This document shows, one piece after another, positions 41,151 through 54,543 of a DNA stretch of 64,000 nt. Source of the stretch: Octopus vulgaris (taxonomy: Eukaryota). The stretch's first letter is position 1, and each line of letters starts with the position of its first letter. Made by a program: the position numbers and the translations under genes. Below the pieces are notes generated by a model. The model saw nothing but the letters and a program-made list of their open reading frames with translations, did not search any database and had not been told where the DNA came from. The stretch lies in NCBI GenBank assembly GCA_951406725.2, contig OX597817.1, positions 173,476,001-173,540,000 on the forward strand. Reading direction: 5' to 3'.

Positions 41151-42167
41151 TATTTGGTGACATTTCTTTCAGCTTTACATTCTAAGTTCAATAGCCACCA
41201 AGGTTTACTTTGCTTTCAATCCTTATGGGGTCAATAAAATAGTACCAGTTGAGCACTGGGGGTCGATGTAATCAACTAAATTCTCAACCCCAAAATTTCA
41301 GGGCTTGTGCCTACAGTAGAAAGACTACTACTACTCTGCTTTCCCCAAACCTGTGACTTTGTGCCTGTTTTAGACCCCATTATTATTGGTGCTGTTGTTG
41401 TATTTCTAGTATTTTCATGAGAGTTGCAGTAGTGAAACTAGGGGCAGGGAAATAGGCAAGGGGCACAGTCCAGCCCAGTTGAAGGTTTTATAGTGACAGC
41501 ACTTTTGGGGCCTGCTGTTTAAGCGTAGATAGACTTAGGGGGACCACAGACACTGATGGAAAACACAAGGGCAGCACACTCTCTAGCTACACCACAGTTC
41601 TACTGTACTGCTAGATACATTTCCATTTCCCTGAGTTGTGTGCAGCATTGATTTTTAGAAATAAGGGATACATTTAACTCTCTGAGTGATTTGTGTTGCT
41701 TTATTGTGCAGAAAGTGTATTGTGTGAGCTTGTTTATTTTTAAGTCTGCTTTTTCATGCTAGCATGGGTTAGAAGGAAATTTGTTAAGGCAGATTTTCTA
41801 CTGCTGGATGCTCTTCCTTGATGCCAACTCTCACCTATTGAAGTGAAAGCTTTTTTACACAAGTGGCTATGAGCAGAAGAGCTGTTTTCAAAACTCTATG
41901 GAATGTGGATGCCGCTGTTGTTTAGCCCCAGGTCGACATTAATCAAGTAGACCTATAATCCTTTCTACTAGAAACACAAGGCCTGAAATTTTGTGGGAGG
42001 GGGCCAGTCAACAATATCAACCCCAGCACGTGTCTGGTATATATTTTATTGATCCCAAAAGGATGAAAGACAAAGTTGACCTAGGCAGAATTTAAACTCA
42101 GAACACAAAGACAGCTGCTAAGCATTTCTCTTGGCATGCTAACAATTCTGCCAGCTCACCACCTTAA

Positions 42168-42389
42168 CCCTTTTGTTACCATATTTCTGTTGAGATGCTC
42201 TGTGTTTCTTTCAACTAATTTTAAATATAATAAAGAATTTAGTAAAATAACTTAGTTATCATTCAAGTAGTGTTAGGAACATAAATTGTGACTGAGGTTT
42301 GGTGGAATATTTTAATTCAAAACTTATGAAAACAAGGCATTTGTACTACAGAGCCAGAGACGGTTTCAGCCGGGTTAGTATCAAAAGGG
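42168..42389. mobile_element. piggyBac-type MITE
   Basis: TTAA|CCCTTTTG...CAAAAGGG|TTAA; reverse orientation relative to 5499-5701. Confidence 0.9.
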
Positions 42390-42657
42390 TTAAGTAGACT
42401 TAATTAAAGGCATTCCAGCCGTGGTTATCTCATGTTTTAGGGATTTTTTATTCTTTTACTTGTTTCAGTCATTTGACTGCAGCCATGCCGGAGCACCATC
42501 TTTAAGCAAGCAAATCAATCCCAGGACTTATTCTTTGTAAGCTGAGTACTGAATCTATCAGTCTCTTTTGCTGAACCACTAAGTTATGGGGACATAAATG
42601 CACCAGCATCGGTTGTCAAGCGATGTTGGGGGGACAGACACAGACACACAAACATAT

Positions 42658-42689
<32 letters not shown>

Positions 42690-44029
42690 GATGGGATTCT
42701 TTCAGTTTCCATCTACCAAATCCATTCACCATTCACAAGACTTTGGTTGGCCTGAGGGATGTATAGGTCTGTTTTATTTAATGTGTCCTTTCCTTATTAA
42801 AGACAGTAAGATGTGATCTGAGGGAGATTTGGCTGCTATTTGTTGCAGATTGAGCAACGTCTTCAATGTTCTTTGCTTGATTCCAATGTAAATTTATAAA
42901 CCTTGGAGTGAGTTTTTTTCATTCATTTATCCTTTTACTTTATCACATTCAGTGAACCAATTACTGAAGGCACTGTTTCTGCACTAAGACTTCCAAGGTT
43001 CTTGTATTTCAATAGCTTTTATTGACTTCATTAGCATATATAGATTTTTCATTCTTGTCTTTTATAATGATATCAGACGTTTTTTTGTTTTGTTTCATTT
43101 TTTTTTTCCTCCTTGTCCATCTGAACAGGCAAAATCACAGACAATTGTAAGCAGACCATTGTCACTGGATTTGGTGCATATTTATATCATTCATTGTTAG
43201 TGACAATATATTACCCAACAGACAGCTGTCAACCCAGGTTTGTTCAGGGATAGATTTTCTCTTTTCTAGAACTGAGCAGACACAAATGATGTAATCAATT
43301 TTTTTCTTTGTGTTTATTTCACAGCCTGCAGCTGATTGTTTCATTTTTGCTTTTTTTTATAGATTTTTTTTGGTGATTGTATGTATATGTGAGTATATGC
43401 ATGTATGTGAATGTATGCGTCTATGTTTATGTGTATATATGTGTGCAATGCATGCATCAGTGTATATGTTTGTGTGTATGGTGTGTGAAGTGGCTAGGAA
43501 TTGATTATGTGCAGCTAAAATCAGACCTTCCATTTCTGATTTTAGCCCAGAGTTTTTGAGTCATTATTGGCTTTCATGCTGGCTTGCTTCCTCTTTATTT
43601 AGTATTTCCTGAATGTGATCTGTGACTCACTGCAGAATTATAGTGTGACAATCAATACCATTTTGGCATTTGCTTTGTTTTCTTTGACAAGATGGGCAGA
43701 TAGTGATTTGGTTATGTTGTTTTTTAAAAATGTTTTTATGGTATAATTCAAGAGTGTTGTTAGCTTGTCTCTGTATTTGCTGTAATTTCTACATGTAGTA
43801 ACAAAGACTGTGTCAGTAGGAGAAGACAACAGTCATAAAATATACTTTTCTTTTGATTAGATGGTCCGTTGGTTTTTGACTGTGTATGAGGTGAATGTAT
43901 GTGTACAGCTTGTTAGGCAGATAAAGAAAATGTTTGGAAAGTGTAGTCATTTTTGGAGATTTGCAATAGAAAAATTTATGGCATATATATTCTTAGTATA
44001 TCATTGTTGCAGTGTTGCACTCACTGTCG

Positions 44030-44690
44030 CAAGATCGTGGTTTCAATTCCTGGACTGGGTGATGTTTTGTGTTCTTGAGCAAAACACTTCATTTCACAAT
44101 GCCCTGTGATCATTTGACATCTGATACATGGCACACTGTGCACCATTACAAGTAATGTCGATTTGGAGTGAAAGAGTGAACTAATGTACAGCAAAAATAT
44201 TTGATCATTATGAACAAATCATTTGTGTAAGTTGTTTAGCAAGAAGTTGCAGAATCTTAAGGCAGCAAGCTGGCAGAAACGTTAGCACGCCAGGTGAAAT
44301 GCTTAGCAGTATTTCATCTGCCATTACGTTCTGAGTTCAAATTCCACTGAGGTCAACTTTGCCTTTCATCCTTCCAGGGTAGATAAATTAAGTACCAGTT
44401 ACACACTGGGGTCGATGTACTCGACTTCATCCCTTTGTCTGTCCTTGTTTGTCCCCTCTATGGTTGGCCCCTTGTGAGCAATAAAGAAATTAAAAAATTA
44501 GTAGTACTTGTATTTCAAAGGACCCGCCTTGTCACATTTTGTATCACACTGGAATTTCCTGGAGAACAAAGTTAAAGGTATGCATTTCTGTGGAATGCTC
44601 AGCCACTTGCGCATTAATTTCACAAGCAGGCTGTTCCATTGATCAGATCAACAGGAATCCCTGTTATCGTAACCAACTGAATGCCAGCTT
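44030..44690 (+). mobile_element. SINE family D-related element containing a family B insertion (44259-44490)
   Basis: B-box head and gttcttgagcaaaacact core; the 3' part tgtatttcaaaggg..cgccttg...gatcaac.gga matches 57940-58660. Confidence 0.7.
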
Positions 44691-47600
44691 TATTCTGCTT
44701 GGATGTTGTGCTCAGTAGATAATTGTGGTTTAATTATAATTTTGCTTTAATTATTATGTCATCAGTGTATGTGTTACCTAGAAATTTTGGTCAATAGTAT
44801 TAAATTTGTAGGTTTTATGAACAGTGACATAGTGAAACACAACAAACTAGAGAATCGTTGGTTAGTAAGATAGCAGTTGATTTCTTTGATTTATCTGTTC
44901 ATGCTGCTTTCTTCTTCTTCTTCCAATCAGGACGCATGCCATTAGCCACAAAGAATAATATCTAATCCGAGCCTACTCTAAGCTATTAAGAATGCATGTG
45001 GCAACTTGAAGATCCACTCACCACACGCGATAGACTGGCAGTTGCACAGGCACAAAAGCTACGTTGTTATCCTCATTCTATAAACAGTGGCTTTTAATGG
45101 GTGGAGAGCCGAACCATCCTGGGGTACAGAGGATTCGCAATCTGGACTAGGGTCTGAAAGTTTACCACACCATAGTGGGTTACACCTTGGTTCCTCTGCT
45201 TTGCGGCAGAAGTAGGAAGAAAGAGTGAGAGAAAGTTGTGGTGAAAGAGTACAGTGGGGTTCACCACTCCCACCCCACGCCCCGCCAGAGCCTCGTGGGG
45301 CTTAGGTGTTTTTGCTCAATAAACACGCACAATACTCGGTCTGGGAATCGAAACCACGTTCTTACGACCACGAGTCCGCTGCCCTAACCACTGGGTCATT
45401 GCGGCTCTACTACATGCTGCTGTTGGAGTGACTGGAATATCACTGACATAGAATGCAATTCATACATTGTAAGAAACTCAAAGACAGGTTGTGCACAAAT
45501 AGGTTGAAGAGGGAAGGTAATAATAAGGAACCTTGTAGCATACCATTTACAAGGCCATATTCTTGGAAAATTTTGTTTCATCTAATGGTTTTCTGGTAAG
45601 TAAACAAGACAACCAACATTTGGAGCTGCCAAGAAATTTTGTTTTGTTTTTCTAGTTATTTTTAATAACTCAATCGTTTTACTATGTTGCTGTTATCCAA
45701 CACTAAGAATAATGCACAATGGAAGATGCTTTTATATTGTTGAAGCCATTTAGGTATTTGTTGCGAGAGATTATGAGTAATGTTGATGTTGAGGGTAGAG
45801 GTTGGAACACACAATGAGTCACAAAGAGGAAAATATGATATCACCGATATTTGAGGGTATACACAGACAACTGTTGTGTCTATAAGGGGTGGTTATATGA
45901 GTATTGTGAAAATTAGTAAAGAAAACATTTATTGAAACTATAGGTTTGAAGTCACTAAATTTCAAAGGAAACATTTCAAGGACTGAATATTAATACAAAG
46001 GATGGAAAGCTTTCAACAACTGAATTTTTATACATAGTTTTAGATTGTTTTTATGCCTTACACAATAGAACAAAAGCAGGGCATTCGACTGTTTCAGTAC
46101 TTCCAGCACTTCTGAAATGAGGAGAGGCAGTTGTCCTCTAATCAGGGACCTTGAAACTGAGTAGATACTGCAAACAGAACCCAATAAAAAGATGGTGGTG
46201 TCAAACTGGGTGACAGAGTTAGTCTACCACCCCAAAACAGAAACAACCCATCTGATAGGCTTCCACAAAGTTTCCAGCTAACAAATTTGACCCATGAAAC
46301 TTTGGTCAATCCAAGGTTATGGTAAAAAGACGCTTGCCTAAAATGCGCTGTGGTAGGATTGGATCTAAAACCACATTGTTACAAAGCAAAATTCTTAGCC
46401 ATGGATGCACTTACAACAATTAAGGAAAAGAGTTAATGTAATTATGGAGTCAGAGCATTATGATATTTTAAAATTAGGTCCTATGAAAATATTTCTTTAG
46501 CCCTTAAGGATTCAGATTTCTTTGTGAAATTTGTTGCTTATTTATTCATGCTGTTTTGAATTAATCACATATTATTTTGCAACTTCAAAATTTAAATGGT
46601 GTGGCTGTATATTTTTAAAATGACATTGTAGGGTTGGTGTGAGAGGTTGGATCCAGACAGTTTTAACATAAAACAGGTGGAAGGTGGAATATTTGGGCTG
46701 GATATGGCCGGATTAGATGCTAAAGGGTTAAATATTTAAATAGCAGAAAAGCTAGAGGAACAGAAAATGATGTATTCATAAGATATAATTTTATACATGA
46801 CTTTTTTTCATATTTTGCGCTCATGTTTTACAAAAACTTGATAGCCAGTATCATCTGCAGTGCCATCAGTTTAAGCCAAATCTTTTTTAGTTTCAGATTA
46901 CTATGATTCTATCTCTAATTCTACTTTCAAATGCTATCCTTCTGGATTTAAAATACTCATACAAAAAAAAAATGACAAGAAGTATCATTAAGTAGCTACT
47001 TTAACTTAAAATTCCTTATTTCTCCATGTTATTAATCCTGAGTATTTTTGACCACTACGTAAAATACTTCAAAATAATACAGTATTTTAATCCCTCACTT
47101 CATACAAAATTTTTTCATTACCCTCTAGATAAGATTATAGATCTATGAAAATCATTTAAATACTTTTTCATGCCTGGTAAAGATTAAATATTATAATTAG
47201 TACAACATAAATTGTGTTATTGCCTAAAATTTATTTATAACATTTATGTAAATAGTCCTTTAGCCTTTGCAGAAAAGTGTATTCTTGTACAAAACAAAGA
47301 ATTAATATTTATGCTTCTCTCTAGTAGAAGTCTTCTTATCTCTATAAAATACATTGTAAATAGAAATATTGTTTAATGATTTAGCATTTTCAAGGACTTG
47401 GTATTTTAAAAATAATAGGATAATGATTGTTAAAACCCTTCTATATCATGCTTACTTATATTTCTGTATGTCACCAAAGTCTTTCTCTTTGTGTATTGCA
47501 TCAAAGATAAGCCAGTCTGGTAGAAATAATCCCCCTGGAAATGTTATAATTAACTATGTGTGTCTATAAGTCTTTTAATCATACATACTGCTTAGTCATA

Positions 47601-47964
47601 ATTATCAAGTATTGTTTTTACAGTCTTTATCATAATACTGTACACCAGCAGCTTTTAACTATTTTCAATCCATGACTCACTGAATAAAAGTGCAAATGTT
47701 GTAACATCATACTCAAAGTTATTTAAAAGTTTTACAATACAAAAGATGAGCATTAAAATTGTTTTACTATTTAAAAGCAAGTATGAAAATGTGAAAGGGC
47801 ATGGCCTAGTACAGTCATGGACAAACTACAATTACTGGGACCTCCTGAATGGCATGCTTTATGAATTTCTTTTAGTAGTACAACCTACTTGATGATAAAC
47901 CATGTCTTATGTAGCCCAATTCTTAAAAAAAAACGTTGCCTATGTCTGGCCTGGTGGTTAGAGA

Positions 47965-48260
47965 AGTGATTCTCAACAGGGATTCATATGATCCCTGAGG
48001 GTCCATGCAAGAAAAATAGTAAATTAGGGATCCCCAGTAGTATTTTAAGAGTCCACGAATTGTTTATTTCAAGAAACAACTAGGTTTCTTTCTCTAATGT
48101 TTTACATAGTTCAACTTACGCAAGTTATTGGGTGGAAAGCAAAATAGGAATTTTGAAAGAAATACCTATATAACTAGTTTTTGAACATTAAGTGGCTATG
48201 GGGTTTCACAGAATAAAATCTAAGTGGTCCATAGATTTTTAAAAAATGGTTGAGAATCAG
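47965..48260. mobile_element. hAT-Charlie-like MITE
   Basis: TIR gtgattctcaac / gttgagaatca, with flanks resembling ggttagag / ggctagag. Confidence 0.6.
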
Positions 48261-49329
48261 AGGGCTAGAGTATTTGCCAGATGGTTATAAAATCATGGAT
48301 TCAATTCCAGAACAAGGCGCTTCATTTCATGTCTACTCGCTGAAAATTAATCCAAGCACTAGTGCTGATGCAACCCTCTCTCCACTCCAGCTTTCAGTTC
48401 TTGAATATTCTGCTGGGTTAATGGTGGAAATGCTGAGGGAATATCTTCCTCAATGTTTCCTACTTCCTTCATGCTGTCTTTCTCTTCTCCTACTCTCTAT
48501 CTCTATTCTGTGTATGTTCTTTTGTCCTTTGCCCCATCACCCAGCCATCTCACTCTTCACTTCCCTCCATCACCTTCCCCCCATTTCAACCAGCCTGGTT
48601 CTTGCTACTAACTTTTACCACCATTCCTTCTAACCTTACTTCCTCCCACACTGTTCATCTTCCTCACTACTCATACCACCTTCCAAACTTCTCACACTCT
48701 CCTTATGCTCTCTCTCACTCACTACACCTACCACTCCACATTATTCTTGCTCTTCATTTGTCAGTCTATAAACAAGATATTAACCTCTATCCTTTCTCTT
48801 CAAAGAAGGACAAGTGTCTCTTGTGGATTCACTTCCTGGACAAGGCACTTAATTTCATGTTACATCACTCTACTCAGCCGAAAATTCATACAAGCACTGG
48901 TACGGAAGCAACCCTCTCTCCCTCCAGCTTTCAGTTCTTGAACATTCTGTTGGATCAACAGTGGAAATTCCAAGAGAATGTCTATATCAGCTTACTACTA
49001 CTACTACTACATAAGTACCAAAAGCAATTAATGAAAGCATGGTACATGTTACCAAGCTGTACTTGCTTGCAAGTGACAGCCTTGCTTGCTTGTGATTAAA
49101 ATTATTGTTAAACAGTGATGAAAGCATGCATTATATTTTGGCACAAAGGAACATTGTGCATTAGTGCAGCAAGTGCAGTGCATTAAAAAAAACTCAAATA
49201 TGCAAAAACTTGCAACATGCCTGCAGACAATAAATAACATTCAAATGTGTTTCAACAATGGCTGAAAACATCTGCTGTATACACTATACATAGTATACAT
49301 ACAGTATTTGCAGACAGTATATGAATTTA

Positions 49330-49632
49330 TGTGGTGGTGCAATGGCCCAGTGGACTCGCGGTTGGAGGATCGCAGTTTCAATTCCCAGACCAGGCATTGT
49401 GTGTGTTTATTGAGAGAAAACACCTAAAGCTCCACGAGGCTCCGGCACGGGGTGGTGGCGACCCCTGTTGTATTCTTTTGCCCCAACTTTCTCTCACTCT
49501 TTCTTCCTGTTTCTTGAGTAACGCTGCGATGGACCGGCGTCCCGTCCAGCTGGGGGGAACACATATGCCATAGAAACCAGGAAACTGGGCCCATGAGCCT
49601 GGCTAGGCTTGAAAAGGGCACATAAAAAAAAA
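49330..49632 (+). mobile_element. tRNA-headed SINE (family D relative)
   Basis: tggcccagtgg...tttcaattccc head. The 3' end cccatgagcctggctaggctt.aaa matches the minus-strand copies at 50690 and 52230; a relative lies at about 45210-45410 (-). Confidence 0.75.
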
Positions 49633-50338
49633 TATGAATTTACTGTCCTATTTTTCATTTTGGACCTGTATTTGCTTGCATTACGTTATATTTCAGACTA
49701 CCAATTTTACATTCTGAGTTCAAATTCCACTGAAGTTGATTTTACCTTTCACTCTTTTGGGGTCAATAAAATAACTAACCTTTTGAGTACTGGGATCAAT
49801 GTCATCAACAAGCGTCTGCCCCCAAAATTTCAAGTTTTGTGCCTATTATAGCAAGGATTAAGTTATATTTCAGTGTGTGCATGTGTGTGTGTGTGTGCGC
49901 ATGTGTGTATGTGTGCCTGCATGTTTGTGTAGGTGTGTGCATGCATGTTTGTGTGTATGTGAGCATGTGTGTGTGCATGCATGCATGTATGTGAGTGTGG
50001 TGTGTGTGTGTGCATGCATGTGTGTATGTGTGCCTGCATGTGTGTGCATGAATGTATGTGAGTGGTGTGTGTGTGTGACGGTACATGGCCTTGTGGTTGG
50101 GGTGTTGCACCCACACTCACAAGATCATGGTTTCGATTCCAAGATTGACAGACCACTGTGTTCTTGAGCAAGACATTCCATTTCATGTTACTTCAAGCCT
50201 TCCAGCTGTTAATGGATAACTCTGTCACAGATTGCACTTCATTCAGGAAGGGATGTCATACAATTCTACGTATATAAACATTTATGAATTTGTGTTGCAA
50301 GATTCTTGATGTGAAGTCATGCATTGAAACAAATATTG

Positions 50339-50566
50339 TTGTATTTCGGGATGGTCGTTTGCCCTTATTTTTTGCCAAATAAACACATGCAGTACATATT
50401 CATTCTTCACTCATTTATTACTGTTCTTATTCTAAATCACGTCAACTGTCCGTATAACGGACATGAGTTATAATAAGAACAGTGGTAAACAAGTGAAGAA
50501 CAAACATATAGTATGCGTGTTTATTTGGCAAAAAAACCCCAGAAAAATGACCATCCCAAAATACAA
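50339..50566. repeat. Diverged inverted repeat, about 105-bp arms
   Basis: ttgtatttcgggatggtc...gccaaataaacacatgca...ctgttcttatt versus aataagaacag...tgcgtgtttatttggc...gaccatcccaaaatacaa. Confidence 0.85.
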
Positions 50567-50619
50567 TATGTATATATTACATTGCATAGATTTGATGTGA
50601 GAAGTGATGCACATATAGT

Positions 50620-50681
<62 letters not shown>

Positions 50682-50968
50682 AATAAAATAAATGCGCCCT
50701 TTTAAAGCCTAGCCAGGCTCATAGGCTCAGTTTCCCGGTTTCCATGGCGTATGTGTCCCCCACCTGGACGGGACGCCAGTCCAACACAGCGTTACTCATT
50801 TTTGGCAGCTGAGTGGACTGGAGCAACGTGAAATGAAGTGTTTTGCTCAAGAACACAACGCGTTGACCGGTCCAGGAATCGAAACCACAATCTTACGATC
50901 ATGATGCTGACACCCTAACCACTAAGCCACGTGCCTCCACACACACACACATATATATATATGTATGC

Positions 50969-51015
<47 letters not shown>

Positions 51016-52839
51016 CACATACATATATAAACATGTATGTATGCATATTAACTACTGTCTCTGTCTTACATAATGCATTAAAAATTTCTGCATTTGCTAT
51101 ATATATATATTGACTGCATAAAAGCAGTATATATACTATATTACTATACTATACACTATATATGTGTAGTTCTTACAGTTAATGAATATTCTCCTGATCC
51201 ATATTCATTATTTCAATCCTCTTCTCCACTCCAATTCTTCTCAGCACTTGTTTGCCTCTCTTCTCTGCGCAAAAGATTTTCTTTACATTCATACCATTCT
51301 TCAATGTTTCCTACTTTCTTCATGCTCTCTTTCTCTTCTCCTACTCTCTCTTACCTCATGTGCACATCTATTTTATTCTGTGTCTGTTCTTTTGTCCTTT
51401 GCCCCATCACCCAGCCATCTCACTCTTCACTTAATTCACCCAACATGGCCCTCCATGACCTTCCCCCCCACTTCAACCAGCCTGGTTCTTGCTACTAACT
51501 TTCACCACCATTCCTTCTAACCTCACTTCCTCCCACACTGTTCATCTTCCTCACTACTCATACCACCTTCCACACTTCTCACACTCTCCTTATACTCTCT
51601 CTCTCTCTCTCTCTCTCTACCATTCCACATTATTCTTGCATCTCTTCTTTTTCTCATTCGACTTTCTATGAACATGATATTAACCTCTTTCTTCTTTCTC
51701 TCCAAAGAAGGACAAGTGTCTAAAATACTGAATGTTTCACTTCTCCCATCAAACCCACTCAATGCAATTATTTTTATCCATGAAATTTTATGAATGGACT
51801 TTTTCCAATGCAGACCAACAACAAGTCTCCTTGGATTCCAGATCTTGTAATCCCTCCTGCAATCTCTTGCCTTCGACTAAAAATGACAGATTTGAGGAAT
51901 GAGAGAAGCTAAATGGCTCAATTAGATATTGAACATTATAAATCACATATTTAGTTTACTGAGACTTACAACTGCTCAGCAGTGTTAATATTGGTTTCAA
52001 ATTTTGGCACAAGGCCAACAAGTTTAGGGGAGGGGATAAGTTGATTACTTTAACCTCAGTGCTCAGCTGGTACTTATTTTATAGACCCCGAAAGGGTGAA
52101 AGGCAAAGTCAGCCTTGGCAGAATTTGAACCAGCAGTGTTCATATTAAAAGATTATAGAAGGTAAAATATAAAATTGAATGCAATCCAATAAATTATAAT
52201 CTGCAAATAAACTATAATTTATAAAAAATAAATGCACTCTTTTAAAGCCTAGCCAGGCTCATGGGCCCAGTTTCCCGGTTTCCATGGTGTATGTGTTCCC
52301 CAGCTGGATGAGACGCCAGTCCAACACAGCGTTACTCATTTTTGCCAGCTGAGTGGACTGGAGCAACGTAAAATGAAGTGTTTTGCTCAAGAACACAACG
52401 CGTCGCCCAGTCCAGGAATCGAGACCACAATCTTACGATCATGATGCTGACACCCTAACCACTAAACCACATGCCTCCATCAGTATAATATTATACACAC
52501 CATAAATAAATCACTAAATTACTAAATTATACTTGACACCATGTTAGTTCTTGTAAAATAAGAGACACTTAAATGACATCACTAGTATTTATGTTACACC
52601 AGCTGAGCACATCTAATATATTAAACTATGGTTTGTAAATGTCAGTATTATGCTATTATTTGAAATGAATTGATCTAAAAGTTAATAATCAAGACTTAGG
52701 CTACCTAGTATTGTACTTAACAGAACAATTCCCTCATCCTTGGGTAGTTATTAGAGGTCCTTTGAAGAAGTTTAAATTCTCAGCTAGACTTCAACACCTC
52801 TATAGAAACCTTCATAATCTTTATATAACTATAGATTAC

Positions 52840-53346
52840 ATCGAAATCAAACTCAAGATCAAAATTGAAATCAAATTTGATGACTGGCATCCGTGCTAGT
52901 GGAGCGCTAAGAGTACCATTTGAGTGAGATCAGGGCCAGAGCAACAAGCTGGCCTTCGTGCCGGTGGCATGTTAAAAACACCATTCAAGCGTAATCATTA
53001 CCTGCGTTGCCTTACTAACACTTGTGCTGGTGGCACATGAAAAAACATTCAAGCGAAGTCGTTGCCAGTGCCGCTGGGCTGGCTCTTGTGCAGGTGGCAC
53101 ATAAAAAGCACCATTTGAGCATGGCCGTTGCCAGTACCACTTGACTGGCCCTCGTGCCAGTGACAAGTAAAAGCACCCACTACACTCACGGAGTGGTTGG
53201 CATTAGGAAGGGCATCCAGCTGTAGAAACTCTGCCAGAACAGATTGGAGTCTGGTGCAGCCACCTGGTTTGCCAGTCCTCAGTCAAATCGTCCAACCCAT
53301 GCTAGCATGAAAAGCGGATGTTAAACGATGATGATGATGATGATGA
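52840..53346 (+). mobile_element. Family C element
   Basis: Colinear with 2810-3236; ends in (GAT)n. Confidence 0.88.
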
Positions 53347-53995
53347 GATATCATGTGCTCATATTCAGTTCCACTGTGCGGTACCTCAGGTATCTTCTAC
53401 TTAAGCTTTAGGCCATCCAAAGCCTTGTGAATAGATTTAATAGATGGAGATTGAAAGAAGCCAAGCAAATATGCATGCATGCATGTATGTATGTATGTAT
53501 GTATGTATGTATGTATGTATGTATGTATGTGTGTATGTATGTATGTATGTATGTGTGTATGTATGTATGTATGTATGTATGTAAGTATGTATGTATGCAT
53601 GTATGTATGTATGCATGTATGTATGTATGTATGTATGTATGTATGTATGTATGTGTGTATGTATGTATGTATGTATGTATGTATGTATGTGTGCCTGTGT
53701 GTATGTATGTATGTGTGTGTGTATGTATGTATGTACCTATGTATATACTAGGTGCAGCATATATATTTACTCATTATTCATTTTATCATAAAATAAAGTT
53801 TTAGGTTTTGGTTAATGAAAGTTTAGAGGATGATTGTTTTTATATACCCTGCTACCCCTTGCTTTCATCATAGCTTTTTTCTAAGCTGTTTTATCATCAA
53901 TGGTAAAATTTGTTTAAATTTTGTTTGACCCATCATATTTAGTAACAGATACACAAATCAAAAGAATGTTAGGAAGTATTAAACAACATTTGCAA

Positions 53996-54037
<42 letters not shown>

Positions 54038-54151
54038 ATATTTCGGAATGGTCATATTGCCAGTTTAGCCAATAAAAACACACGCACTATATATTTGGTG
54101 TTATTTTGCTTCAGTGATATTTATTTTTTACATTAATCTTAATCTTATTTT

Positions 54152-54196
54152 GGCCAAAGTTCTTTCGTCACACTCCTGTGACCGCATCAGTGGTCC
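54152..54196 (-). ncRNA. Minimal type I hammerhead-ribozyme-like motif (variant core) in a Penelope-like remnant (about 54033-54235)
   Basis: Minus strand: CCA-CUGAUGCG-GUCACA ggag UGUGAC-GAAA-gaac-UU-UGG. Stem II is a perfect 6 bp, stem I is CCA/UGG, and A9 is replaced by C. Confidence 0.5.
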
Positions 54197-54253
54197 TTTG
54201 TTTTCTTCTCACTTACTTGCACAACAAATATTTAAACGTATATATATATATAT

Positions 54254-54468
54254 ATATTAATAGTCACCGCCAAGCTAATATGGCAGTCCATAAATATAGG
54301 ACGAAAGCTGCCGTTGATTAGCTCCAAGAGGCCATCACCTCTAGCTAGCTATATGACACATGAACCTATGTAGCTAGCTAGAGGTGATGGCCTCTTGGAG
54401 TTAATCAACAGCAGCTTTCATCCTATATTTATGGACTGCCATGTTAGCTTGGCGATAACTATTAATAT
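54254..54468. repeat. Inverted repeat, about 101-bp arms (54254-54354 / 54368-54468)
   Basis: Arms align as reverse complements with under ten mismatches; lies between (TA)n tracts. Confidence 0.92.
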
Positions 54469-54543
54469 CCAGTACTGCTGCCATAGTCTCCTTTAGAGAG
54501 ACTTAGAAATAATAATATTTCTATTATGTATATATATATATAG

